Shown here piece by piece: positions 47,809 to 58,042 of a stretch of 64,000 nt of DNA. Source of the stretch: Oligoflexia bacterium (GTDB taxonomy: Bacteria; Bdellovibrionota; UBA1018); the NCBI GenBank assembly GCA_963758495.1, contig CAVWVI010000003.1, forward strand, positions 64,001-128,000, in the 5' to 3' direction. The number at the start of each line of letters is the position of its first letter. Position 1 is the stretch's first letter. The notes beneath the pieces are model-generated. The model had not been told where the DNA came from. It made no database searches and saw only the letters and a program-made list of their open reading frames with translations. The translations under genes were made by a program, and so were the position numbers.

Positions 47809-47987
47809 CCCTACTAATAATTTATAAGTTATTAATATTTAATAACTTATTATTCTGGTCTCTAAAATATTTTAGACTTTTTCTTATTCAGACTGATTAA
47901 GTTTATATAAATCGTCAATTTTATGAGCATTTTCACGTCTATTTTATGAGCATTTTCTCAACGAATTGGCTCGCAATAACGATAATG

Positions 47988-48917
47988 TTACAAAACTTCA
48001 ATGGGCTGACTTGGATCATTCATTCGCTCCAAAGTGGCTTCCCTTACCTCTTTCGTAATGACTTCTGGGTCAAATTTTTCTGCTGGATGCAATAAAAAAC
48101 CCTTCGCATTAAACGCAGCCAATACTTCACGATCCAAATATCTAAGCATTTTGCGAAGCGAAACCCTTGCGGTGGGATACCTACGAATGAGTTTTTCGTA
48201 AAATTCTTTTACACTTTTTACTGGGCCATTTTTCTTTTGAAAAGGAATCGGATTGTCATTAAATTCTTTTACTTCCTGAATCAACTTAGAATCAGCATTC
48301 TTAATCGACATGCCTGCACTCGGAATCATTGGAATTAAGGGAACTTCAAAAAACTCATTTTCTGAAAACAAGAAAGAAGGAGCTAACCTTTCTGTCTCGC
48401 CTTGCTCCTCTCTCTGGATTGCAGCCCAGACCTTAAAGTCAAGATATCGCCGAGGAGCACCTTCTTGAGTGACTAGGCCATCTGACAATAATGCATCTAT
48501 TAAGGAGAATCTGCTTTTATCCAGAGCTTTACAAAAGCCATTGTCGACTCCATTTTTATTTAAATCGTCTAAAATGGTCATCATTTCAGCTAGCGTCAGC
48601 TTTGCAGCAGAATCTCTCTCGATATATTTTTTATAGAACCCCGCCAAGACAACTATTGCATGATTCTGCTTTTTAACCGAATTAGAATTTCCATTCACAC
48701 TAGTTGCTGCTCTAAGGAGCTGAATTTCATACCTTCTTTGCTCCATATCCAGACTAGAGATAGCCCCAGTAACCCATCCTGCAATAGGAACTCCTACATA
48801 TAGAGCTATCTTTTCCACATATTTTTTTTGAAGATAATCTGAGCACATCTTACCAGCAAATGCTGGTGTTGAAAAAGAACAAAGGAGCACAATTGTAAGT
48901 ATACGAATTGATTTCAT
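47988..48917 (-). CDS. Secreted hypothetical protein
   Basis: Signal peptide (AFA-G); weak internal repeat FYxKxIxR...A..TL/SL..M...LD. Confidence 0.7.
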   Translation of the reverse strand: MKSIRILTIVLLCSFSTPAFAGKMCSDYLQKKYVEKIALYVGVPIAGWVTGAISSLDMEQRRYEIQLLRAATSVNGNSNSVKKQNHAIVVLAGFYKKYIERDSAAKLTLAEMMTILDDLNKNGVDNGFCKALDKSRFSLIDALLSDGLVTQEGAPRRYLDFKVWAAIQREEQGETERLAPSFLFSENEFFEVPLIPMIPSAGMSIKNADSKLIQEVKEFNDNPIPFQKKNGPVKSVKEFYEKLIRRYPTARVSLRKMLRYLDREVLAAFNAKGFLLHPAEKFDPEVITKEVREATLERMNDPSQPIEVL

Positions 48918-49089
48918 CTCTATTGATCCCCTTGTCTCTCTTGAGAATACCAGCCCCCTATCAACACGTCGATAAGTGAACGGACACGGAGATTGCCACC
49001 CTATGGGTTCTGAGTCAAGATGTTTTTTAAATTACAGTAAAATATTATATAAAAATACACTCGCAACTATGAGGATTTTTTTAGATTCT

Positions 49090-50148
49090 TTAATATGTTT
49101 TTGATTGTATATCCAGTAATTTCTCAAGTTCTTCTAATGTCGGTTGGCCCCGAAGATCTAGACCTTTGTATCCTCTTTTACGTTTCATGTCTCTCAGGTC
49201 GTCAAGCACCGAAATGATCTTGTCCTTTCCCTTTTGAGTAATGGGTTTTCCAAATAACTCAAGTTTGTCCTCAGAAAATAGGGGCCAGTTGCTTTGAAGA
49301 GAATTCATTAAATAAAGTGCGAGAACTTTATAAACAGGCATTTCTAGCATTTCCGCAATTCTCTGAATCGCCTGCTCATCAGGCATAAAACCGACTTTAG
49401 CATAAATGAGACCTGTATAAGATTTATCACTTTGTAGAGAAAGCGTCATCTCCCGGAACTCGATATTGGAATGATCTAAAAACTGAGTCATTTCTCTCAT
49501 TGCTTCAGTGCCGTAGCCTCTTCCCTGTGAAGAGGGCTGAATTGAGACTTCTCTGATATAGAGCTCTTTATAAGCCTGATCTTTGCTGAAACCTTCTTGA
49601 ATGACAATATGACCGAGAGTTGGAGTTGAAGGAGTCGTTTTATCTTTAATTTTTAAAGTAAACTCCCGAGTCAAGTACCCAGTAGGAGGCTCAAAATTAT
49701 GGGATACTGAGATTTGGAGTTGAAGTTTGATTTTTTGAATATATGGACTCGCTCTACTCTTCTCTCCCACTAAATAGGCAATATTAACGCCATTTTTAAG
49801 ATGGATTGATTTAAAATTTCCATCTGTATAATCATTTTTAACTCGGTTGATCTCTTGTTTCTCCAGGCCGAACTGCTGAAGTTTGGCTTCATCTAACTGG
49901 GTTAGAGGGTATTCATACTTCACTGTCTCATCAAGTATGAGAAAGTTTGAGTCCTTTAAACCCTCAAGGGCGCGAACAAAAGCCCTATGACTTAGAAAGT
50001 TGAGTGGGGACGAACTGACAAGATTAGAGGACGCTGCTGCATCGCCTTTTTCATTCTTCCTGTCCACTCCTGGAAATGCGGATAGAGAAAAAAGGAATAA
50101 AAAAAATACGAGCTTTCGCCGTCGAAGTAGAACTTGAAAGAAGTTCAT
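49090..50148 (-). CDS. Secreted GNAT-domain protein
   Basis: Signal-like N-terminus; VSIQPSSQGRGYGT and IYAKVGF acetyl-CoA-binding motifs. Confidence 0.7.
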   Translation of the reverse strand: MNFFQVLLRRRKLVFFLFLFSLSAFPGVDRKNEKGDAAASSNLVSSSPLNFLSHRAFVRALEGLKDSNFLILDETVKYEYPLTQLDEAKLQQFGLEKQEINRVKNDYTDGNFKSIHLKNGVNIAYLVGEKSRASPYIQKIKLQLQISVSHNFEPPTGYLTREFTLKIKDKTTPSTPTLGHIVIQEGFSKDQAYKELYIREVSIQPSSQGRGYGTEAMREMTQFLDHSNIEFREMTLSLQSDKSYTGLIYAKVGFMPDEQAIQRIAEMLEMPVYKVLALYLMNSLQSNWPLFSEDKLELFGKPITQKGKDKIISVLDDLRDMKRKRGYKGLDLRGQPTLEELEKLLDIQSKTY

Positions 50149-50219
50149 TAAAAAAATAATGACTTTTTTTAATCCGTTTGTAAAGGATACTTGATGATCA
50201 CACAGGTCTGCATAAATTT

Positions 50220-51586
50220 ATTGTGCGCCGTCCACACAGGATGATTTCCTCCTATTACGTCGATGCTCCAGCTAAGGACCGAGGATAAAATACTTGATCT
50301 TCATGAAACAAGGTCCACTCTCGATTCAGGTGGATTTGTGCTAAAGTCCTTTTGATGTCAAAAAATTCATAAAACTCCAGGGCCCTCTTGGTTAAGCCCA
50401 GTCTCATAGCTGGAGTGTTATGGTTAGACTTTGGATCTTTCTTATGAGGCTTTACAAATTGAGGCCGAAAGAAATTTTTCCACACCATGAAGAGGACGTA
50501 CTTTCCAACCATTCGAGCGTGGTTTTTTGCAAAGCAGATGGTTTCCCGACTGAACGCTCCCATATGCTGACGAATTAAGAGATCCGCGTGATTTACACTG
50601 AATAGACAGTTTTGATAATTCCGCGTCTGCTTAGAAGATACCGTAACTTGATGGATTTTAAGATCCTTCAAATCGCGTTCAACAGCTCTACGATATTGAA
50701 AATGTTCGTCCGAATAAATCACCAAGGGCTGAGCTAGATCCGCTCTTCTTTCATAGAGGCGAGAGAAGATCTCCACCGTGCTAATTCGAATGGCTTTTGG
50801 CGGGTAACGCCCCTCTTTTTCTTCCGTCAACCGTCGGACTTGCTTTTGCCTTGGAGACATCCTTCCTTTTCGATTAAGTGGCACGAAGTTAAAGTCATAA
50901 ATAAACAAAGACTCCTTGCCGATAGCTTGTTGGATTTGATTCGGATCATACTGACTTTTAGCAAACGCTTCGAGGCCATCATAAACGAGGGGTTCGCTGA
51001 TCTTCAACGCCTGGGTGCGCTCTGTTTGTTTTATCAGCGCCCACTGAACCAATTTTCTCACTCTGAGGCGGATGAGATGTTCGGAAGTCTCCAGCCTTCT
51101 TGCGATTTCTCGATTGGACACTCCACACGTCATATAACTGAAAATCTTGCAGTTTAAGCCAGGTTTTTTCTCGCGAAAATCGAGCTTAAAATAAGTATAC
51201 CGAAAATTTCTATTACAGGAACGACATCGAAATTGGCGAACCCGGTAAGGATAGCAACGAGTTTTAGCCCAACCATTTGACCAGAAAAAAGAATTGAAAT
51301 TCTTCTCATTGGAGGGAAGATGAAACTTGCACATTTCATTTGGGCAATAGGGTGGCTGGAAACACTTTTGTCTCAGAATAAAAGGATCTTCTTGCATAGA
51401 AAGCACTGAATGCAGATCTTCAGCCTTTGCCCGACCCTAAGCAGTCACAAATTCGTATTTAAATTCAATCCCTTCGACCTCACCCTAACAGAAGCAACCG
51501 ATCCGAATATCTTGCACAGCGCTCGAAATCTGGACCGAACCCCCTCAAGGAGGGCTCGATCTTTTCCTTTGTGTGCGGCGCACAAT
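50220..51586 (-). mobile_element. IS1-like/unclassified insertion sequence, 1367 bp
   Basis: Imperfect TIRs beginning ATTGTGCGCCG at both ends (19 of the first 22 positions match); single transposase ORF. Confidence 0.75.
50255..51406 (-). CDS. Transposase (Zn-ribbon + HTH + RNase H-like; IS1-related)
   Basis: CPNxxC...CxxC, GVSNREIARRL, YDG, SDEH and TPAMRLGL motifs. Confidence 0.75.
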   Translation of the reverse strand: MLSMQEDPFILRQKCFQPPYCPNEMCKFHLPSNEKNFNSFFWSNGWAKTRCYPYRVRQFRCRSCNRNFRYTYFKLDFREKKPGLNCKIFSYMTCGVSNREIARRLETSEHLIRLRVRKLVQWALIKQTERTQALKISEPLVYDGLEAFAKSQYDPNQIQQAIGKESLFIYDFNFVPLNRKGRMSPRQKQVRRLTEEKEGRYPPKAIRISTVEIFSRLYERRADLAQPLVIYSDEHFQYRRAVERDLKDLKIHQVTVSSKQTRNYQNCLFSVNHADLLIRQHMGAFSRETICFAKNHARMVGKYVLFMVWKNFFRPQFVKPHKKDPKSNHNTPAMRLGLTKRALEFYEFFDIKRTLAQIHLNREWTLFHEDQVFYPRSLAGAST

Positions 51587-52908
51587 CACAGCAAATTACT
51601 AGCCAGTTCCGACAATTTAGATCGCTCACCTTTAGTCAGCATAATATGCGCAGAAATAGTCTCATCCTTAAATCGATCTACCAAGTAGACCAAGCCATTA
51701 TTGGCGGAGTCCACATAAGGATTATCAATTTGAAAGCTATCACCCGTTAAGACGATCTTTGTATCATCACCTGCTCTTGTAACAATGGTCTTAATCTCGT
51801 GAGGAGTCAGATTTTGTGACTCATCTACAATGAGATACTGCTGAGGAATGGAACGCCCACGAATATAAGTCAATGGCTCAATTTGCAGCAACCCTTGATT
51901 GAGTAACTCCTGACAACCTTTTCCGGCCCCTCTGCGTCCCTTGGCGCTGGTAGTACCAAAAAGAAAATCAATATTATCGTAAATAGGTTGCATCCAGGGA
52001 TTCAATTTTTCCTCAATATCCCCTGGCAAAAATCCAATATCTTTACCTAAAGGGAAAACGGGCCGAGAGACTAGAAGCCGGTGATAAATTCCTTCATCTA
52101 CGGTTTTTGCTAATCCTGCAGCTATTGCGAGTAAGGTTTTACCTGTTCCTGCTTTTCCTACCAAACTCACAAGTTTGATATCATCGTTCAGAAGGGCATC
52201 TATGGCGAATGCTTGCTCGGCATTTTTTGGAAAAATTCCCCATAAACCTTCCACAGGCTTAAATATCGGCACTATACAATCGAGCTCTTTAGAGTAACGC
52301 CCCATGGCCGTATGATTTGGATTTGTCGAATCTTTAAGGATCAAATACTGATTAGGCTTAAAGAGTTGACTTTGATCTTTGTAAGGAAGCCTTTTATTTT
52401 GGTAAAATTCATCTACTAAATGAGCATCAACATTCAGAGTCAGCATACCCGAATAAAGCTCTTCAGGCTCCACGCTCGAAGGCTCATAGTCTTCTGCTAA
52501 AATACCCAGTGCGTCTGCTTTAATTCTTAAATTTACGTCTTTCGTAACTAAGGCTACAGGTCTTTTAGGATGCTCTTTTTTTAGAGAAATCGCTAACGCC
52601 AGAATGCGATTATCCGCCTTATCCATAGGTAATTCTACCGGTAGAGGCTGATTTCCTCCGAGTTCAACAGAAAGAATCCCGCCATTGGGTAATCGAACCC
52701 CCTTGGAAAGCTCCCCATCAGCACGCATCTCGTCAATCAATCTGGAAAATAAACGAGCATGACGCCCATTCTCACTCATTTCTCGTTTGAATCGATCAAT
52801 CTCTTCGACAACGACGATTGAAATTACAACGTCATTATTTCCAAACTTAAAGAGTGCTTGAGGATCAAAAAGTAAAACATTCGTATCTAGGATAAATGCT
52901 TTGCGCAA
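51586..52908 (-). CDS. PhoH family protein with N-terminal PIN domain
   Basis: ILDTNVLL, ADNRIL, TKDVNLRIKA, GKAGTGKT, YIRGRS and DESQNLT motifs. Confidence 0.93.
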   Translation of the reverse strand: MRKAFILDTNVLLFDPQALFKFGNNDVVISIVVVEEIDRFKREMSENGRHARLFSRLIDEMRADGELSKGVRLPNGGILSVELGGNQPLPVELPMDKADNRILALAISLKKEHPKRPVALVTKDVNLRIKADALGILAEDYEPSSVEPEELYSGMLTLNVDAHLVDEFYQNKRLPYKDQSQLFKPNQYLILKDSTNPNHTAMGRYSKELDCIVPIFKPVEGLWGIFPKNAEQAFAIDALLNDDIKLVSLVGKAGTGKTLLAIAAGLAKTVDEGIYHRLLVSRPVFPLGKDIGFLPGDIEEKLNPWMQPIYDNIDFLFGTTSAKGRRGAGKGCQELLNQGLLQIEPLTYIRGRSIPQQYLIVDESQNLTPHEIKTIVTRAGDDTKIVLTGDSFQIDNPYVDSANNGLVYLVDRFKDETISAHIMLTKGERSKLSELASNLL

Positions 52909-53125
52909 GTCAGCCTCCCTTTCTGCTCAACATCAATAACAGATAATCATCTACACAATATGGGGCTAACTCCCCCCGCCTCCAACAATAGTTCAATATC
53001 AAATTACTGCAAGGATTTCCCCACTCGACTCAGATTATTATTATTATGAAAAATGAGATCTGATTGTGAGCCGATTCGCCTTCACGTAAGAGCACCCAAG
53101 CTCACGCTAGAGTATTGAGCTCACG

Positions 53126-54211
53126 CTAGAGTTCTAGCTTCATGGCAAAGTGGATCATGCTGCGGCGCTCAGGATCTTGATTCACTAATGTGGCTTGCTC
53201 CTCCGCATAAGACAAATACATCAACTTAAATATCCAAAGATCGATCCCTACACCATAAGTCAAAAACGCTTGATTGATGCCTGTATACAAACTTAAAAGA
53301 GGAAATTTTAATTCTAATCCTACATGGTTTTTCTTTGGCCAATCGGCATAGTTTAAAATATGTGCATAGTCGTAAGCAAGTGTTGCTACAAACTGTGAGG
53401 ATGTGTATCTTCCTGCCAATCCAAATGTAAGATTACTTTTTTGCGGATCTGCTCCTGAACTAAATCCTGTATCTCCTATATCAGTCATTGCTAGACCACT
53501 CATCAAACTAAATTTCTTTTTAAACTTATGAATATATTGAAAGCCCAGGTCCACCCCGTACCCAGTGCCAAAATTAGTCAAATTCTGGGTAATCGCCTTT
53601 GCATTCAAAGTTAAAAGTTCTGTTAAGGTAAGCTGCCGGTACCCTCCTGCCCGATTCAGGTATTTTGCGGCCATCCCAAATCTAAGATCATCGGCAGATT
53701 TTCTTCGTTGTCTTAAAAGCGAGGTACCAAAAGCGGCCTGGACCCCATAGGTACTCTGCACCCCCAAGATCCCCTGCGGGAATGCCGTATTTTGCAGACT
53801 CAAAGCAACCTGTTCATCAGCTAGCGCGGCAATTCCAAAACCGGGCAGAACTAAAGTCGACGTCCCTTCGACTCTTGCATAATAATTTTTTCCAATGAGA
53901 TTATTTAAAGAAGCCACGGGTGAATTAGAACTTAAAGCATCAGAAATTACGGGATAGCCATTAATCATATCATTGGAAGCATCCGCATCCACTGCCACTA
54001 TATTAAATGAGAACTGCTTAATACCGGCGAGCCCTGCGGGATTATAAAAAATAGCCTCTTCATCATCAGCGACCGCAGTAAAAGCATTCCCCATTGCTTG
54101 CGCTCTAGCACCTCTGTAGAGCGGATTGAATTGATCTGCCTGTGCCGATTGAGTAAAAAACCAGAAAAGAACTATGCAAATATGCAGCACTCTCAAGGTG
54201 GTCCCTGCCAA
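53126..54211 (-). CDS. Outer-membrane beta-barrel protein (TraF/PorV/FadL-like N-terminal motif)
   Basis: RAQAMGNAFTAVADDEEAIFYNPAGLA after a signal peptide. Confidence 0.7.
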   Translation of the reverse strand: MAGTTLRVLHICIVLFWFFTQSAQADQFNPLYRGARAQAMGNAFTAVADDEEAIFYNPAGLAGIKQFSFNIVAVDADASNDMINGYPVISDALSSNSPVASLNNLIGKNYYARVEGTSTLVLPGFGIAALADEQVALSLQNTAFPQGILGVQSTYGVQAAFGTSLLRQRRKSADDLRFGMAAKYLNRAGGYRQLTLTELLTLNAKAITQNLTNFGTGYGVDLGFQYIHKFKKKFSLMSGLAMTDIGDTGFSSGADPQKSNLTFGLAGRYTSSQFVATLAYDYAHILNYADWPKKNHVGLELKFPLLSLYTGINQAFLTYGVGIDLWIFKLMYLSYAEEQATLVNQDPERRSMIHFAMKLEL

Positions 54212-55143
54212 GAATCATTTATAAAATTAATAATGCCTGCAGCTGCACATGAATTCACATCCGTATTCACACCTGTACAGCTCGCACGACTTCGAAGAGT
54301 CGTGGGACAACTGGTGCAACTCACTGATCCGCCACAGACAGTACAGCCCACCTGGCAGGCGAGATCCAACCCTGTCGCAAAAAGTGTCTGTATCTTTTGG
54401 TAGATGATTGCAATGCTAGAAGGTGCGGCTGCAGCAATAGAATTGAGTCCATCATTGAAATTAAGAACTCCAGAGGCCAATGCACATCCATCACCTTGCA
54501 TTAAATCTGCACTCGTCCAAGGCAAGGCATTTCCCTTATGATTATTTGCAAGCGGATTTCCATTTCTATAAAGAAGTGAGCCCATCAGCGACATGCTAGC
54601 AAAGGTAAGAAAGGAGTTAGCATCACTCGTCCGATCATTGACTTCCAGTGAGCCAGGATTATTAGAAGTAGAATTGATAGTAAAAGCTGGAACAAGAATA
54701 GTGGCAGGATTCAAAGTGGCCATGATTGCATCCGTTGCGCTTTCAGCCGCTTGCGGAATTTTATCATCTATAGGCGAAACGGTGGATGGAAACTCTTGAA
54801 CAAGAAATTCCCAAAATCCAGAGCCTGCTAAATCTCCCTGAAAGGAGACTAGGTCTCCCAAAATATCTAATAAATTAACGCGCGCAGCACATCCATAAGA
54901 GGCTGCCGTAGAAAGCCGAATAGCATTATCCGTATTGACCGAATTATAAAGGGGTAAAATCGCAGTAAGAGCCGTTGTACAACCTTGACCACTCAATGCA
55001 ATATTCACAGCATCTATGACCGAATCTATCTGCATCGCATTAGGATTCAAGGTCGAAGAATCATAAGAAGGCGACGAGCATGCTGTCCCTAACAGTGCTC
55101 CTAAACAAGAAAATAAAAGATAAAGCCTTCTTCTTGAAGTGAT
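54193..55143 (-). CDS. Cys-rich lipoprotein; start codon uncertain
   Basis: The frame extends 31 codons upstream of the track start, giving SRRRLYLLFSCLGALLGTA-C (lipobox Cys at 55078-55080). Confidence 0.7.
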   Translation of the reverse strand: MTSRRRLYLLFSCLGALLGTACSSPSYDSSTLNPNAMQIDSVIDAVNIALSGQGCTTALTAILPLYNSVNTDNAIRLSTAASYGCAARVNLLDILGDLVSFQGDLAGSGFWEFLVQEFPSTVSPIDDKIPQAAESATDAIMATLNPATILVPAFTINSTSNNPGSLEVNDRTSDANSFLTFASMSLMGSLLYRNGNPLANNHKGNALPWTSADLMQGDGCALASGVLNFNDGLNSIAAAAPSSIAIIYQKIQTLFATGLDLACQVGCTVCGGSVSCTSCPTTLRSRASCTGVNTDVNSCAAAGIINFINDSWQGPP

Positions 55144-55169
55144 ATCTCATCCTTAAAAGAGGTTGTACT

Positions 55170-56387
55170 TCACTTAAGATACTGGACGAATCTCTTACAG
55201 CCCTCTTCTAGTGTTCGCTCATCAGTTGCAAAACTCAGCCTTAAAAACTCCGGCTCTCCAAAAGGAGTTCCGGGTACTACTGCAACTCTTGCTTCCTCTA
55301 AAAGTCTTTGGGCAAACGCAATCGATTCTTCGCCTGCATTCAAGTATTTACCCACTCCTACGAAAGCGTAAAACGCGCCATCGGGAATAGCTACTTCCAT
55401 TTTGCGGTCTTTTTTCAAAATATCCAGAAGAAGATTACGTCTTTTGCGAAAACTTTCAATTTGGCTTAAAAAATGGGATTCAGGCAATTTGAGAGCTGCA
55501 AGACTAGCCCACTGCGCTAAAGCATTAATACCCGAGGTACTCTGCCCCTGTAAGGTAATCATTCCATCAGTAACCAACTTAGGTCCGACAGACCACCCCA
55601 CTCTCCAGCCGGTCATTGCTGCACTTTTTGACATTCCATTGATAGTAATCGTTCGTTCGCGAAGAGCTGGAGCTGCATCCAAGAATGAACAAAATGGAAC
55701 ATCCCCCAGTACGATCCGATCATAAATTTCATCAGAGATAATCCATATATTTTGATTTTCCTGATAATTGAGGAGAACATCCGCAAGCGCCCTAAATTCT
55801 TCGCGAGAGTACATAGCGCCAGTTGGATTACTAGGCGAATTAAAAATAATCATTTTTACTTTAGGACCCAGCGCGGCCTTCAATTGCGCAGGCTCAATTT
55901 TAAATTGATTCGAGAAAGAAGCTGTAATAAATTTTGGAATTCCACCTGCAAGTTTAACCATTTCTGGATAACTCAGCCAATAAGGCGAGGGAATGAGAAC
56001 CTCATCCCCTGCATCCAAAAGCGCCATACAAGAATTAAATAATGCTTGCTTACCCCCATTGGTAACGATGACATTAGAAGGTGCCCAAGCTTGATCTTTA
56101 GCCACATTGGGTTGTTGATCATTTGTCTTTTTTGCAATAGCTTCTCTGAGTTCGGGTATGCCGGGTACAGGGGTATATTTTGAACGATTGACTTTAAGGG
56201 CTTCTATTACCGCTTCTTTTGCAGCATCAGGAACCCAAAAATCTGGCTCTCCCGCAGTAAGATTCACGACATCTATACCTTGAGCTTTCATCGCCTGAAC
56301 TGTTGAGTTCAGTTTTAGAGTGGCACTCTCTGTCACTCCATCAAGTCTACGAGCAAGCTGTAATTTATTTATTTTATTTGAAATCAT
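55170..56387 (-). CDS. PLP-dependent class I/II aminotransferase (aspartate aminotransferase-like)
   Basis: GEPDF, NSPSNPTG, SDEIY and SKSAAMTGWRVG motifs. Confidence 0.93.
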   Translation of the reverse strand: MISNKINKLQLARRLDGVTESATLKLNSTVQAMKAQGIDVVNLTAGEPDFWVPDAAKEAVIEALKVNRSKYTPVPGIPELREAIAKKTNDQQPNVAKDQAWAPSNVIVTNGGKQALFNSCMALLDAGDEVLIPSPYWLSYPEMVKLAGGIPKFITASFSNQFKIEPAQLKAALGPKVKMIIFNSPSNPTGAMYSREEFRALADVLLNYQENQNIWIISDEIYDRIVLGDVPFCSFLDAAPALRERTITINGMSKSAAMTGWRVGWSVGPKLVTDGMITLQGQSTSGINALAQWASLAALKLPESHFLSQIESFRKRRNLLLDILKKDRKMEVAIPDGAFYAFVGVGKYLNAGEESIAFAQRLLEEARVAVVPGTPFGEPEFLRLSFATDERTLEEGCKRFVQYLK

Positions 56388-56401
56388 AATTAACTTTCTA
56401 G

Positions 56402-56908
56402 TTAAACTTTTTTCGCTCTAAGAGGAATCTTTTCTTTAAGTCGTGCTGTAACCCCAGCCGGTACATATGGACTTACATCCCCTCCATAATGAAAAAGCTC
56501 TTTGATCATTGTTGAGCTGATAAAATAAAGATTTTGTCCCGTCATCATAAAAAGTGTTTCAACTTCGGAATTGAGCTGCTTATTCATACTAGCCATCATA
56601 AATTCATATTCAAAATCGCTAGCCGCTCGTAATCCACGAATCACGGCCGAAATACCATGATCCCTGGCATAGTCCATGATCAGACCCGACCAACGATCGA
56701 CCTTAACCCCTTTTCGATTTGCGGTAACTTCTCGAATGAGATCCACTCTTTCTTCTGGGGTAAAAAGCGGATTCTTGCTTCCTGTTCCTGCAACAAGAAT
56801 AATGACTTCTGAGAAAAGAGTTAATGTCCTGTCCAAAATATCCATATGACCGTTAGTAATAGGATCAAAGGAGCCGGGATAGATTGCTTTTCTCATATTA
56901 TGGGTCAT
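56402..56908 (-). CDS. coaD: Phosphopantetheine adenylyltransferase
   Basis: YPGSFDPITNGH, RGLRAASDFEYE and ISST motifs. Confidence 0.97.
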   Translation of the reverse strand: MTHNMRKAIYPGSFDPITNGHMDILDRTLTLFSEVIILVAGTGSKNPLFTPEERVDLIREVTANRKGVKVDRWSGLIMDYARDHGISAVIRGLRAASDFEYEFMMASMNKQLNSEVETLFMMTGQNLYFISSTMIKELFHYGGDVSPYVPAGVTARLKEKIPLRAKKV

Positions 56909-57474
56909 AGTCCGTCTCTCGAATAAGTAGTAAGTACACTATCACCATAGTTTTTTTCACGAATTTTCACAAGAAATGGCACTTGTTCTGGAAGTTCAAC
57001 AACGGCCGACTTCAACACTCCCCATTCTAAACAGAATCGACCCTGAGGAGAAAGTAAATTTTCCCACGGCCAAGTAGTCAACAGTTTCATTTCCCATCCC
57101 GCTTCATAAGGAGGATCAGCTAAAATTAAATCAAATGGACCCATTTGCTTCAGCTTTGTAGCGAATACATCCATCGTGTCACTCACAATTTGAATGCGAT
57201 CTCTTACTTTTAATGTTTCTGCATTTTTTTCTATCAATTTTAAAGCAGGACGTGCCATCTCAACAAAAATAACCTCATTCGCGCCTCGAGAAAGGGCCTC
57301 AAAACCCAGTGCCCCCGATCCTGCAAATAGATCCAGTACACGAGCTTCAGGGATATGAGCTTGAAGAGAGTTAAATAGAGCTTGACGTAGTTTTGCTTGA
57401 GTGGGGCGTGTTCGATGATCTGTTGGAGTTTGAATCATTCGACCGCGAAAAACACCCCCAGTAAGACGTAACAT
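56905..57474 (-). CDS. rsmD: 16S rRNA (guanine966-N2)-methyltransferase
   Basis: TRPT, LDLFAGSGALGFEALSRGA and DPPY motifs; upstream of coaD. Confidence 0.93.
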   Translation of the reverse strand: MLRLTGGVFRGRMIQTPTDHRTRPTQAKLRQALFNSLQAHIPEARVLDLFAGSGALGFEALSRGANEVIFVEMARPALKLIEKNAETLKVRDRIQIVSDTMDVFATKLKQMGPFDLILADPPYEAGWEMKLLTTWPWENLLSPQGRFCLEWGVLKSAVVELPEQVPFLVKIREKNYGDSVLTTYSRDGL

Positions 57475-57520
57475 GGGACTCCTTGTACTGATTACCTCCT
57501 ATAGCAGCTTTCAAATCATT

Positions 57521-58042
57521 TTACGCAACTTTTTTGGTAGCTCTCTGGCGGTTTGGGATTTTGAATTCGGTTCCATCGGCCAGTTGAATTCGAATCATTT
57601 CACTTGTGAATTCAAGAGAAATGAATTGTCCGGTATGACCGTAATTCAAATTGAGCGTTAAGTGTCCTTGAATACTCATTGAAAGTGAGCTTTCCTCATG
57701 CGTATTGTCCATATCTGACATTTCTTCAACCTCGGCCGCAACGGGTTCAAAATGCACGGGGTCCCCTGATTGTTCAAATTCCTTTAATATATCCTGCTCT
57801 TCCACTTTTTCAGTTAAATCAGATTCATGAGATTCATGAGACTCTTGAGAGGACACCATATCATGTACCTCAGGTATTATGCTTTTTTGAGGAGCGATGG
57901 GTTCAGGTTTTGCTTTGGAAACGGCACCGAGTTCTGCCTGCATCGATTCAATATCATTCATAATTTTATCAATGTCATCTTCCTTATCTGAATTTGACTG
58001 ATTTGGTTTTGGGCTAACCGCCGTTTTAAGTTCACTGCTCAT
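57521..58042 (-). CDS. Acidic hypothetical protein
   Basis: 173-aa ORF with GGGAGA RBS; disordered acidic N-half and beta-rich C-terminus. Confidence 0.6.
   Translation of the reverse strand: MSSELKTAVSPKPNQSNSDKEDDIDKIMNDIESMQAELGAVSKAKPEPIAPQKSIIPEVHDMVSSQESHESHESDLTEKVEEQDILKEFEQSGDPVHFEPVAAEVEEMSDMDNTHEESSLSMSIQGHLTLNLNYGHTGQFISLEFTSEMIRIQLADGTEFKIPNRQRATKKVA

Noticed and set aside
48925..49020. Possible riboswitch upstream of the 48917 gene
   Set aside because: Only a short hairpin; no aptamer consensus that I can recognise.
53099..53132. 15-bp direct repeat AGCTCACGCTAGAGT x2
   Set aside because: Real, but looks like a local micro-duplication of a gene end with no further structure.
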